A stretch of DNA of 64,000 nucleotides from a virus. The position numbers were made by a program, and so were the translations under genes. The number at the start of each line of letters is the position of its first letter. Position 1 is the first letter of the stretch. Below the pieces are notes generated by a model, which was not told the origin of the DNA, made no database searches, and was given only the letters and a program-made list of their open reading frames with translations. Below are positions 42,256-52,058 of the stretch, in pieces. The stretch is taken from the IMG/VR virus record IMGVR_UViG_3300017917_004266, positions 28,990 through 92,989 of that record, one strand, 5' to 3'.

Positions 42256-43262
42256 ATAACTTGTTTTAATTCTTTTACATTAATTGGTATTTTTTGAAAG
42301 CCAAAGGAGTTATCCATTAGTATCATATTAATCGTTGAGTTATCCGTGTTCTTTTTATCTTTTTTAGATTTTTCTATTAGATTATTTTTATTTATATCTT
42401 TTAAAAGATATGGACTAAAACCTGCTGACTGTATTATTTTAGTTAAAGTTTCATATATATCTTTAGTCGTATCATTTGACAATAAACCAATCTTTGAAGA
42501 AACTTTATTTGCTAATATCATTCCAAAAATAACAGCTATACCATGAGGTATTTGATAGTTTGTTTCACTTTCTATTGCATGACCAAATGTATGTCCAAAA
42601 TTTAAAACCTGTCTTTTATTTAAATCTAGTTCATCTTGCTCAATAAATTCTTTTTTGATATATAAGCATCTTTTTATAGAATCTTGTAATTCCATAAGAT
42701 CTTTATCTATTAATCTATCCATGCCTGTATTAAATTGTTCGAAAGATGATAATCCGCCTATTAAATGTAATTTTATTACTTCTCCGAGACCACTAAAATA
42801 ATCCTTTGTCTCCAATGTTTTTAAAAACTCAGAATTTATTATAATTTTAGATGGTGGATAGAATGTGCCAATTACATTTTTAAAAGAATCTAAATTTAAA
42901 GAAGTTTTACTTCCTATACAAGAATCAGCTTGAGCTAAAAGAGTAGTTGGTACGTAAGTCCAATCTACTCCTCGAAATAATATATTCATTGTAAATCCAC
43001 AAATATCTTGAGTAATTCCACCACCAATTACGATTACCTTAGTATTCTTTTTTATATTCTTTTTTAATAACTCTTGGCATACATAAATAGATGTATCAAT
43101 ATTTTTTTTGCTTTCTATTGCTTCAATAAGTATGGGTTGTTTATGGAATTTATTTGAATATAGTTGATATATATTCTTATCCGCAACTACAAAATCATTA
43201 TCTAGATTTAAATCTGTCTCAAAAGAGACTGAGTAGTTTTTATAAAAAGAGTTTACTAACAT
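42252..43262 (-). CDS. 3-dehydroquinate synthase-like sugar-phosphate cyclase
   Basis: GGGITQD, PTTLLAQADSCIGSKT, GLGEVIK, LNFGHTFGHAIE, HGIAV, DKK. Confidence 0.9.
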   Translation of the reverse strand: MLVNSFYKNYSVSFETDLNLDNDFVVADKNIYQLYSNKFHKQPILIEAIESKKNIDTSIYVCQELLKKNIKKNTKVIVIGGGITQDICGFTMNILFRGVDWTYVPTTLLAQADSCIGSKTSLNLDSFKNVIGTFYPPSKIIINSEFLKTLETKDYFSGLGEVIKLHLIGGLSSFEQFNTGMDRLIDKDLMELQDSIKRCLYIKKEFIEQDELDLNKRQVLNFGHTFGHAIESETNYQIPHGIAVIFGMILANKVSSKIGLLSNDTTKDIYETLTKIIQSAGFSPYLLKDINKNNLIEKSKKDKKNTDNSTINMILMDNSFGFQKIPINVKELKQVI

Positions 43263-43909
43263 ATAGATAATCCTCCATCCACAGATATAATTTGACCAGT
43301 TATTTTTGTATTTAAACTTAAGTTATAAACTGCTTCCGCGATTTCTTCTGGTTTTAAAAGTCTTTTAATAGGAATCATCTTTTTGATTTCTTCTATTTGT
43401 TCCAGAGAATTATTTTTGTAAGTTAATTCTGTTTCTACATAACCTGGACATATACTATTTACTTGTATGTTATGCTCTGCTAATTCCAAAGCCGAACTTT
43501 TTGTTATTGAATCTAATGCTGCTTTAGAAGCAGAATATATAGCTCTACCCTTTTTAGCTGTATAACTTAAAATGGAACTGATGTTAATAATATGGCCTTT
43601 TTTATTCTTAATCATATTTTTTGAAAGATTTTTAATTAATAAAAGAGGTGCTATTGTATTTACTTGAAAAGTATTTGCTATATTTAGAATATCTAAATCT
43701 TTTAAATATGAGATATTATTTATTCCAGCATTGTTAATTAATATATCAATATCATCTGTAAATATTTCGCAATATTTTTGTATAGAATTAAAATCTATTA
43801 AATTTAATTCTGCTTTATTTGGGGCATAGACTTTATGATTCTGTTCTTCAAATTTATTTCTTATTGCAAGCCCTATACCTCTAGATCCTCCAGTTAAGAA
43901 TACTTTCAT
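43256..43909 (-). CDS. SDR oxidoreductase (FabG-like)
   Basis: TGGSRGIG, NNAG, YSASK, VNSICPG, ITGQ..VDGG. Confidence 0.92.
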   Translation of the reverse strand: MKVFLTGGSRGIGLAIRNKFEEQNHKVYAPNKAELNLIDFNSIQKYCEIFTDDIDILINNAGINNISYLKDLDILNIANTFQVNTIAPLLLIKNLSKNMIKNKKGHIINISSILSYTAKKGRAIYSASKAALDSITKSSALELAEHNIQVNSICPGYVETELTYKNNSLEQIEEIKKMIPIKRLLKPEEIAEAVYNLSLNTKITGQIISVDGGLSIC

Positions 43910-44991
43910 AATCCTCTTTGGTATATGCTCTTTTTAAGATTTTCATTCTTAGAGTATTCACAATCAATATCATCAATCATCATAGCTGCATCTTTTTTGC
44001 AGTCTTTATTTAAGATAAAACCATAATCTCCTAGCATTAATTCTCGAACTGATATTTGTCCTTTTTGTATGGGGATTGCTAAATAAATATCATCCTTGTC
44101 AATAGTTTGACCAGCTTTTAAATCTTTCTTAAAGTAAACTCCTCTTATATAATTATCTAAGAAATTAGATTCTTCCTCTAATGGAAGAATTCTTTCTTGT
44201 GAGGAGTATCCGCAAATTATCTTTGCTTTATGCCAAGCCTTAAACCATTCGTCTATTTCTTGTGGTAAAGCAGAATATTTTGAGATTTCTTTACCATCAG
44301 AATTAATATCAATGTGCTTTTCAAATGTTCTAGCTCCTTTGGCATAAGATGCAAGCATTGAGTCATATGAATTTCCATGTTCGTGAGTAGATAATCCTAT
44401 TGTATTTAATGGGTATCTATTAATTAGATAGTCAATTTGATTCAATTGTAAATCTTGAATTTTTGTTGGATATGTGGCTATACAATGATTCAAGGCTAAT
44501 GGAATATTTCTATTTGCAAAAAATCTAACTAAATCATCTGTATCTTTTAAGGATAAACCTCCCAAAGAAACTATTACTGGTTTTCTAAGTTCTGCTATCT
44601 TATTTAATAAGACCCAATCATTATTATCAGCGCTAGCTACTTTAATAATTGGTAGATTTAATTTATCACAAAAATCAACAGATTTTTCATCAAATGGAGT
44701 AGACATGGGTATCATGCCATGATGTTTAATACTGTCAATTAATGTCTGGTAGTCTTTATCAGACATCTTTGTTTCTATTGTTCTTCTTATATATCTAATA
44801 TCTTTTCTATCTTTAAAATCTTTATGAATAAAATTCTCTACATCTCTAAATTGAAGTTTAATTGCTGCTTTTACATTATTAAACTTAACAATTTTTGCAA
44901 ATTCGCTTACTATCTTTAAGCCTCTTTCTAGGCTACCTAAGTGATTATTAGTCATCTCTAGCACGAATAGATCTTCAAATATATTATTCAT
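43906..44991 (-). CDS. N-acetylneuraminate synthase family (NeuB/SpsE) protein with SAF domain
   Basis: EMTNNHLG, AIKLQ, STPFD, KVAS, HCIATYP, GLSTH, FEKH. Confidence 0.88.
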   Translation of the reverse strand: MNNIFEDLFVLEMTNNHLGSLERGLKIVSEFAKIVKFNNVKAAIKLQFRDVENFIHKDFKDRKDIRYIRRTIETKMSDKDYQTLIDSIKHHGMIPMSTPFDEKSVDFCDKLNLPIIKVASADNNDWVLLNKIAELRKPVIVSLGGLSLKDTDDLVRFFANRNIPLALNHCIATYPTKIQDLQLNQIDYLINRYPLNTIGLSTHEHGNSYDSMLASYAKGARTFEKHIDINSDGKEISKYSALPQEIDEWFKAWHKAKIICGYSSQERILPLEEESNFLDNYIRGVYFKKDLKAGQTIDKDDIYLAIPIQKGQISVRELMLGDYGFILNKDCKKDAAMMIDDIDCEYSKNENLKKSIYQRGL

Positions 44992-45008
44992 AATAGATTA
45001 TATTAAAT

Positions 45009-46760
45009 TTAATTGAAATTGTCTGATATAAACATATCTGTTAATTCTCCAGGAATTATCTTTCCATTTTTATCTATACCTTTTGGTACTACTTTTGGTT
45101 CAAATGTTTCATTTTCATGAGCAAATATTTCGCATAATACTGGTTTATTTATATTTAAAACTTCAACAATAGCATTATCTATTTCAGAATTATTATTTAT
45201 AGATAAATAATCAATATCGAATCCATAAGCTATTTTTTTAAAAGAAGGAGTTGAAACGCCATTATTTGGTCCAGAAGCATATTCATTTCCTTTAAAGAAT
45301 AATTTCTGAGTCTGTTTTATAGAAAAATAGCCATTATTGTTAATAATAAATAATTTTATTGGTAAATTATAATATTTTAATGTTTGTAGTTCTTGCAAAT
45401 TCATCATTATACTTCCATCACCTTCTATACAAATTATATCTTTTTTATTATTAGCAAAACAGGCTCCAATTGCGGCTGGTAATCCATACCCCATAGAAGC
45501 ACATCCAACATTAGTAAAAAGTCTTTGATTTTCTTTTAATCTTATGGATTGTTGAGTTACTACGTGAGCTGCTCCATCGCTTGTTACTATTGGGATATTT
45601 GTTGGTAAAATTTTGGCTAACTTTTCTATAAAAACATAGATGCTAGTCTTATCTTTTAAATTATGGTGTTTATCAAAAACGAATCTATCTTCAAGTCTTA
45701 AATTTTTACAATAATTTCTCCAAATATTAACATTTGGTTCTTTGACTGATCTATTAATTAATGATAAGAAATTTTTAATATCAGCTTTAATTTTTATATC
45801 AATATTAAATTTATGTTTATTTATCTCATTTTCATCAATATCTACTATAACTTTTTTTGCATTTTTCGCAAAAGCATTTACATTATAACCAGTAGTTTTT
45901 AATATTAATCTTGAACCAAAAACAAGTAAAAGATCGCATTCTTGTATAATTTTATTTGAAGATCTTTGACCTAAGATACCATGTCTACCAACATAGTATT
46001 CATAACTTTCATTAACAGTATCAATTGCGCTATGGCAATTAGTCATAACAGGAATTTTTGTTTTATTTAAGAAATCATAAAATTCTTGTATTGCTCCAGA
46101 TAGTCTAATTCCACTTCCAATTACTATAAGTGGTTTTTTGCTTTCGTTAATTAAAGATAAAACATTTTCTAAATCTATTATATTAATGAACTCTTGATTA
46201 TTAGGTGGAGTAAAACTTTCTATTGATTCTGGATCTATATCTGCTCCTTGAATATCTAAAGGAATATCTATCCAAACTGGCCCTTTTCTTCCAGAGGTAG
46301 CTTCATAGTATGCTTTTTCTAAATGATATTTAATTGTGTTTTTATCCGTAATCATAACGGCATACTTTGTCATAGGCTTTACAGATTCAATAATTGGATA
46401 TTCTTGATCTCCTATTTGTCTGCATTTAGTATTTTGAATTGTCTGATTTAAACTAACTTGTCCAGATAAAAATAAACAAGGAATAGAATCAACCCAGCAT
46501 CCAAATACTCCATTTAAAGCATTGATTCCTCCAGGCCCAGTTGTAACTAATGCAACTCCTAAATGATTATTAATCCTGCAATAGCCTTCTGCTGCAATTG
46601 CACAAGCTTGTTCGTGATGATTACATACGTAATTGATATTTTTATTTTTACCTAGTGAATCTATTAAATGAATACATCCGCCACCAGAAACAGTAAAGAC
46701 TTCTTTTATTCCTTTTTCTATTAAAAAGTTAACAATGAAATCTGAGACTTTCATTACCAA
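45009..46760 (-). CDS. ThDP-dependent enzyme (acetolactate synthase-like; YerE-type carboligase candidate)
   Basis: HHEQA, TTGPGGIN, GPVWIDIPLD, SMGYGLPAAIG, GDGS..NN. Confidence 0.9.
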   Translation of the reverse strand: MVMKVSDFIVNFLIEKGIKEVFTVSGGGCIHLIDSLGKNKNINYVCNHHEQACAIAAEGYCRINNHLGVALVTTGPGGINALNGVFGCWVDSIPCLFLSGQVSLNQTIQNTKCRQIGDQEYPIIESVKPMTKYAVMITDKNTIKYHLEKAYYEATSGRKGPVWIDIPLDIQGADIDPESIESFTPPNNQEFINIIDLENVLSLINESKKPLIVIGSGIRLSGAIQEFYDFLNKTKIPVMTNCHSAIDTVNESYEYYVGRHGILGQRSSNKIIQECDLLLVFGSRLILKTTGYNVNAFAKNAKKVIVDIDENEINKHKFNIDIKIKADIKNFLSLINRSVKEPNVNIWRNYCKNLRLEDRFVFDKHHNLKDKTSIYVFIEKLAKILPTNIPIVTSDGAAHVVTQQSIRLKENQRLFTNVGCASMGYGLPAAIGACFANNKKDIICIEGDGSIMMNLQELQTLKYYNLPIKLFIINNNGYFSIKQTQKLFFKGNEYASGPNNGVSTPSFKKIAYGFDIDYLSINNNSEIDNAIVEVLNINKPVLCEIFAHENETFEPKVVPKGIDKNGKIIPGELTDMFISDNFN

Positions 46761-47707
46761 ATAAATTTATGTTTATAATATTGAACGATGTCTGGTATCT
46801 GCTTATCAAATACTGCTTCAGCTTTCCATCCTAATGTTTTTAATTTATCATCATTTAAAGCATATCTAATATCTTGTCCTGCCCTAGAGAATGAAAAATC
46901 AACATAATCATTGATATTAAAATCAGTATGATTTAAAAATGAACTTACAATTTTTTTGACTGTATCTAAATTTGACTGTTCAAATCCACCAGATATATTA
47001 TATATATCATTTCTTACTTCTTTTTCTATAATTTTAATAATTGCTTTTGCCGTATCCTCTGCATGTAACCAATTTCTTATTGGAGTTCCATTATTATGAA
47101 GCGGAACTTTTCTTCCTAAATTTAAATATTTACATGTTTTAGGTATTAATTTTTCTATATATTGTCCTATACCATAATTATTCGTTGGCCTAACTATTAT
47201 ATAATTTATATTATATGTTCTTGCCCATGCTAAAATTAACATATCTGCTGCTGCTTTTGTTGCTGAATATGGATTAGAAGGTTTTAAAATATCTGTTTCT
47301 AAATGAATTCCATTACTTATATCTCCATATACTTCATCTGTGCTAAAATGCAAAAGTATTGGTTTTTTATCTGATTCTTGTCTATAGTTTTTAATTAGAT
47401 TTAATATATTATGAACGCCATTAATATTAGAATGTATAAAATCATCACTATTGCTTATAGAATTTCCAACATGAGTTTCTGCGGCTGTGTTTATAATATA
47501 ATCACAATCATATAAAAATTTAAGATCATTTATATCACAATGGACAAATGAAAAATTCTTATATCTATTAAATTCATCTAATAAATCTTTATTTGCTGCA
47601 TATGTAATTTTATCAACACCTTTCACAAACCATCCTTTTTGTAAACATAATCTTGTTACATAAGATCCAATAAAACCTAAGCAGCCAGTTATATATACTA
47701 TTTTCAT
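46754..47707 (-). CDS. rmlB: NDP(dTDP)-glucose 4,6-dehydratase
   Basis: TGCLGFIG, DKITYA, AAETHV, STDEVYG, PYSATKA, NNYG. Confidence 0.9.
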   Translation of the reverse strand: MKIVYITGCLGFIGSYVTRLCLQKGWFVKGVDKITYAANKDLLDEFNRYKNFSFVHCDINDLKFLYDCDYIINTAAETHVGNSISNSDDFIHSNINGVHNILNLIKNYRQESDKKPILLHFSTDEVYGDISNGIHLETDILKPSNPYSATKAAADMLILAWARTYNINYIIVRPTNNYGIGQYIEKLIPKTCKYLNLGRKVPLHNNGTPIRNWLHAEDTAKAIIKIIEKEVRNDIYNISGGFEQSNLDTVKKIVSSFLNHTDFNINDYVDFSFSRAGQDIRYALNDDKLKTLGWKAEAVFDKQIPDIVQYYKHKFIW

Positions 47708-49029
47708 ATTGTTTTAAAGAAATCATTTACTACTTGCTCTACATAATCTAGTTGAATTTTAGTTATAACTGGACTTGTGCCTAAAAAGAAAGTGTCTGTT
47801 GTGACTTTTCTTGCAACTGGATATTTTTTTATAACATCCTCTTTAGGCATAATATCAGAATAAGCTGGTTGTAGCATAATATTACCAGCAAAATATGGGC
47901 GAGTTTGTATTTTTCTATCCTCTAGATAATTAACAATATCTTTTCTTTTAAAGGGGGTATTATCTTTAATTGTTAGAGCAAAAGCAAACCAACTAGGGTC
48001 AGACCAATCTGTAGCTTTTGGTAATATAAAATATTCTTGAAATTTATAAAATATTTGAGAAAGTCTTGCATGATTAAGTTTTCTTAGAGTGTTTATCTCT
48101 GGAAGTTTTTTCATCTGAACTAAACCTATTGCGGCTTGTAACTCTATTGGCTTTAAATTATAACCAATTTCATCATATACATATTTATGATCAAAAATTT
48201 CGTTTGGTAAAGAAGGAAGCCAATTTGCGAATCTATTTTTGCAACTTCCGTTCTTTAATAGATTTGCTTTTTTACCAACACAATAACATCCTCTACCCCA
48301 TTCACGAAAACTTCTTGCTACAATTTCTTGCTGATGAGTATTACATGCAACAAAACCACCTTCTCCCATTGTCATATGATGAGCTGGATAAAAAGAACAG
48401 CTCGCAAATTCTCCAAAGCTACCTAAAGGTTTATTATCGAATGTTGAACCGAGAGCATCACAACAATCTTCAAGAAGAATTAAATTATAATCTTTTATTA
48501 TCTCCATTAATCTTCTCATGTTTGGTGGATTACCTAATACATGAGCAAATGTTATAATTTTAGCTCCATTTTTTGCTTGTTCTTCTACTTGATCTAAATT
48601 AAGATTAAGAGTATCTAAATCAATATCTGTAAAAACTGGTTGAAATCCAACTTGAAAAATAGGATTAATTGTAGTTGGAAATCCAGCTATTGGAGTTATT
48701 ACTTTTGTTCCTTTCGTCAAATTGTAAAGTCTTTTAGATGTCATCGCTGACATCATTATTAAATTAGAACTACTTCCACTATTTGTCAATATTCCATATT
48801 CTTTATTTAAAAGTTTTGGAAATTGATTTTCAAAAGATATCCCTTTATCGCCAAGAACTAGCCAGCCATTTAAAAGACTTTCTATTCCAGAAAGATATTC
48901 TTCATTTGAGAAGTGTGGTCCAGCATATTGTACCCAATCTTTCCCAGCTTCCCAAATTTTATTTAATCTTTTCTCTGATAAGTATTCTGAGATATCAGAT
49001 AAAATTTTTATTAGTTTAGAGTCCATCAA
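47704..49029 (-). CDS. rfbH: NDP-4-keto-6-deoxyglucose 3-dehydratase (E1)
   Basis: NSGSSSN, FPTT, EDCCDALG, SFYPAHH (His replaces the DegT Lys), WGRGCYC..C Fe-S motif; ATG at 49026 likely start. Confidence 0.9.
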   Translation of the reverse strand: MMDSKLIKILSDISEYLSEKRLNKIWEAGKDWVQYAGPHFSNEEYLSGIESLLNGWLVLGDKGISFENQFPKLLNKEYGILTNSGSSSNLIMMSAMTSKRLYNLTKGTKVITPIAGFPTTINPIFQVGFQPVFTDIDLDTLNLNLDQVEEQAKNGAKIITFAHVLGNPPNMRRLMEIIKDYNLILLEDCCDALGSTFDNKPLGSFGEFASCSFYPAHHMTMGEGGFVACNTHQQEIVARSFREWGRGCYCVGKKANLLKNGSCKNRFANWLPSLPNEIFDHKYVYDEIGYNLKPIELQAAIGLVQMKKLPEINTLRKLNHARLSQIFYKFQEYFILPKATDWSDPSWFAFALTIKDNTPFKRKDIVNYLEDRKIQTRPYFAGNIMLQPAYSDIMPKEDVIKKYPVARKVTTDTFFLGTSPVITKIQLDYVEQVVNDFFKTI

Positions 49030-49033
49030 TATA

Positions 49034-49062
49034 ATTTTATTATATATTTATAATATAATCAA
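49034..49062 (-). promoter_or_regulatory. Sigma70-like promoter of the sugar operon
   Basis: TTGATT-17-TAAAAT; ATG (49026) 7 nt downstream. Confidence 0.65.
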
Positions 49063-49065
49063 GTT

Positions 49066-49785
49066 TTATTTAACTATATATTGACTATAATGATTGGCTA
49101 AATATATTCTTTCACCTAGAGATTTTCCTGGCCAATGTATCATAAAATCTCCTTGCTCCCATTGTCCATAATTTCCATAAAAATCTTGCTGTTTCCTAAA
49201 TCTTTCTATTGCACTGCCAAAATTATGATCTGGATACATTAAATAATTATAAGAATTAAATGTTTTTTGTGGCACAATTTTAGTTATATCTGAATATTTA
49301 GGTTTTGGACAATTATCGTTACATGGAACGAAATTTTCATCATGGTAAAGTCTTACCATTTCTATGATGGCTTGTTGTTCAGCCCAAGGATGTTTTCTAT
49401 ATTTTCCATAAAGATCTATAATTTCATTAAAAAATTCAATAGATCTTGAATTATTTTTAATTAAAAATGCATCAGAATTAATATCATTTGCATCTGTGGC
49501 TATAAAAAAATCGTGCTTATCGTCTGTCATATCTTGTAATCTTAAAGTATAATTTGTAATTAATGTATCTGTTCCACACCAAAATAATAAATCACACTCA
49601 TTATTTTTTAAAAGTTGTAAGGTTTGATATATTTTTTCAAAACCAGTATGTTCAAATTTAAAATCTGAGGTTTTTTCTACAAAACGATATTTTTGAATAT
49701 CACAATATTCTCGTTTATTCTTAGAAGTTATTTCTGCTAATGGACCATAATTTCCAGTCCATAATGTAAAAACTATAACTCTCAT
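49066..49785 (-). CDS. GT34 (GMA12/MNN10)-like glycosyltransferase
   Basis: NKREYC, LFWCGTDTLITN, INSDAFLIKN, EQQAI, FNSY, GDFMIHWPG. Confidence 0.8.
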   Translation of the reverse strand: MRVIVFTLWTGNYGPLAEITSKNKREYCDIQKYRFVEKTSDFKFEHTGFEKIYQTLQLLKNNECDLLFWCGTDTLITNYTLRLQDMTDDKHDFFIATDANDINSDAFLIKNNSRSIEFFNEIIDLYGKYRKHPWAEQQAIIEMVRLYHDENFVPCNDNCPKPKYSDITKIVPQKTFNSYNYLMYPDHNFGSAIERFRKQQDFYGNYGQWEQGDFMIHWPGKSLGERIYLANHYSQYIVK

Positions 49786-50120
49786 GTTTTTACTTCTTTA
49801 ATCTTTTCTGAGAAAAATTTATTTTGTAATTCGCATTTTCTTTTATATCTTAACATATTAGCTTCATCTACTTCTTTAGCAGTAATTGATCCATATCTTG
49901 CTTTTTCGACTGCATCAAAAGTAATTTGATTTGCTTCTATCATATTTTTGTATTCTATAGAATGAATTACATCTTGCATTAATTTACTACCTATTTGTCT
50001 TTGTATATAAAAGAAGCACTCTTTCCATATAGGGTCTAGATTTTCATTAATTGTTTTCTTGACATGCAATATACTTAAATAATCAAAAGCATAAGCTTCA
50101 TCAACTAGTAGATCTATCAT
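49782..50120 (-). CDS. DUF6165-like helical protein
   Basis: AFDYLSILHVK..NMLRYKRK; start re-assigned to MIDLL (50120) to avoid overlap. Confidence 0.5.
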   Translation of the reverse strand: MIDLLVDEAYAFDYLSILHVKKTINENLDPIWKECFFYIQRQIGSKLMQDVIHSIEYKNMIEANQITFDAVEKARYGSITAKEVDEANMLRYKRKCELQNKFFSEKIKEVKT

Positions 50121-50137
50121 TAATAATGATAATAAAT

Positions 50138-51055
50138 TTAAAATATTAAATCCAAATAATCTTCTTTCCAAAATGGGTAAATTTCATGATTAAAAGCTTT
50201 TTTAAGATTATCATATGAAAATTTTGGTACTAGTTTTGTTTCTTCATCTTGATGCAAATGAATATTTTGTGGATATAGCCAATTCATATCTGGTATGGCT
50301 ATGTCTTTTAAAACTGGTAAAACTACATCTGAGGCTTTTATTGGAATATTTATTATGATTATAGATTTGATATCAAAACAGGCTGCTAAATTCATAAAGC
50401 CACTATTTACTCCTATAAAATATTCACAAGTAGATAACTCTTCTATAGAATCTATTATAGGTTTACTACAAAAACTATTACAATTTTCTAATCCAACAGA
50501 TTCATTCCCAAATTCTACAAATGAGTATTCTGGGTTATTAATAATAAAATCATTAATAACTTTAATATTTTCCTTATAAATTTGTCTTGGGTTATTATGT
50601 ATATTTAATAAAAATGCACTTGATCCAGTACTAAGATGTATGCCTACTTTATTTTTAATTTTTTGTTTATTTGTAGTTAAATATGATTTTGGTTTTTGAT
50701 GAATAGGTAGATTTAAAAATCTACGCATCTTTTGTATTAGATGACCACTACCAGCATTATAGAACTCAAGCATCTCTATACGAAAAAAAGAGTTACTATT
50801 TATATGATTTGATTCTTTAAATTTATTAAAAAATAATATATCAGAAAAATGCCTTGAAGGACTAAATATATTCAAATCACTTCTTGTATTTTCGTCTTTA
50901 AATAATAAGTTATTTAAAACTACAGCATCGCCAATACCTTGATTATAATTTATAATATTCTTTTGATTACAATTATTGATTATTTCTTCTATAGGTTTTT
51001 TTTGAGAAACCTTATTAGAATAATAGGAAATAATATAATCTTTTACATTATTCAA
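50138..51055 (-). CDS. GT9-like glycosyltransferase
   Basis: GIGDAV, KVGIH, CEYFIGVNSGFMNLAA. Confidence 0.75.
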   Translation of the reverse strand: MNNVKDYIISYYSNKVSQKKPIEEIINNCNQKNIINYNQGIGDAVVLNNLLFKDENTRSDLNIFSPSRHFSDILFFNKFKESNHINSNSFFRIEMLEFYNAGSGHLIQKMRRFLNLPIHQKPKSYLTTNKQKIKNKVGIHLSTGSSAFLLNIHNNPRQIYKENIKVINDFIINNPEYSFVEFGNESVGLENCNSFCSKPIIDSIEELSTCEYFIGVNSGFMNLAACFDIKSIIIINIPIKASDVVLPVLKDIAIPDMNWLYPQNIHLHQDEETKLVPKFSYDNLKKAFNHEIYPFWKEDYLDLIF

Positions 51056-51062
51056 GATAAAT

Positions 51063-51091
51063 ATTTTATATTAAATAAGTATTATAGTCAA
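51063..51091 (-). promoter_or_regulatory. Sigma70-like promoter
   Basis: TTGACT-17-TAAAAT; TTG start 7 nt downstream. Confidence 0.7.
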
Positions 51092-51390
51092 GAAAGATTA
51101 TGTTCTTTTTTTGTTTTTTCTGGAATAGCGGCTACAAAATCAGCACCCTTGCTTTTTGCTTTTTTATATAATTTTTTAATAAAGGCATCATAAGTCATAT
51201 TGCCTTTCATGCGTCCAAAATTACTAATTGCATCACGAACATCTTGTGGGGTAACAATTGGAAAGCTACGAGTTTCTGGAAAAAGAAAATCGCTATCTTT
51301 TAGTTCACTTCTTTTTGTGCCTTTGTAAGTTTTTTGATAGGCTTCTGTTTCTGTGATGTCAACTTCTAGATATTTAGCTTTGTATCCCAT
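51088..51390 (-). CDS. Hypothetical protein (DUF6582-like)
   Basis: RSELKDSDFLFPETRSFPI..DVRDAISNFGR. Confidence 0.5.
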   Translation of the reverse strand: MGYKAKYLEVDITETEAYQKTYKGTKRSELKDSDFLFPETRSFPIVTPQDVRDAISNFGRMKGNMTYDAFIKKLYKKAKSKGADFVAAIPEKTKKEHNLS

Positions 51391-51394
51391 ATAT

Positions 51395-52036
51395 TTATAC
51401 TAATGTTAGCAAGTATTTTAATTGATTTAAACTACCAAGAATTTCATCTCTAATATTCAATAGATCTGTATCTTTTGTAGAATCTAATTGGTTACTTAAA
51501 CCAATAAGAAAATTGATATAATTATCAGTAACTGCAATAAAATCTGAACTAGAATAATTTGTAAGAGATAAATTAAATGTACTGGCAGAAATTACTCTAC
51601 CATATTTACCCATATATGTTTCAATAAATTCATCAATATTTGATATTAAACTTCCTACGATTTCATCAAAACTTTTATGTTGTGAGAATGATGTTGTTTG
51701 CCAATGAAAAATTTTATATTGATTTTGCATTTGAAGCATCATAGTTTGAATTGTTTCGCCTTTACCATCTACTTCAGCTTTGGTTTCTACTTCTGGCGCA
51801 GTAACTGCATTATTTGTTGTTTCAACTTTTGGTTCCTCAACTTTATTCATATTTTTAATATCCTCTGAAAAATCTATTTCGATCTCTGCTTTTGCTTTTT
51901 GTTTTGGATTACGATAAGTATTTAAGCAAATTGCTATTTTTTGATTTTGTGGGCGATCTTCTTTTCCGATTTTATGCATACAACGACCCATATAGTCATT
52001 TTGTGACTCATTCTTTTTTGGTTGAGGTATTGGCAT
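51395..52036 (-). CDS. Ferritin/Dps-like (DUF5856-like) protein with N-terminal phage module
   Basis: FHWQTTSFSQHK..IDEFIETYMG..LLNIRDEI; N-terminal PIPQPKKNE..RCM..AIC. Confidence 0.7.
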   Translation of the reverse strand: MPIPQPKKNESQNDYMGRCMHKIGKEDRPQNQKIAICLNTYRNPKQKAKAEIEIDFSEDIKNMNKVEEPKVETTNNAVTAPEVETKAEVDGKGETIQTMMLQMQNQYKIFHWQTTSFSQHKSFDEIVGSLISNIDEFIETYMGKYGRVISASTFNLSLTNYSSSDFIAVTDNYINFLIGLSNQLDSTKDTDLLNIRDEILGSLNQLKYLLTLV

Positions 52037-52044
52037 ACAATTAT

Positions 52045-52051
52045 TTACACT
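52045..52051 (-). promoter_or_regulatory. AGTGTAA motif
   Basis: 8 nt before ATG at 52036. Confidence 0.6.
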
Positions 52052-52058
52052 TAATATA

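Noticed and set aside
42252-46760. Amino-acid biosynthesis genes aroB and ilvB
   Set aside because: Embedded in an NDP-sugar operon with no other shikimate or branched-chain genes; symbols withheld
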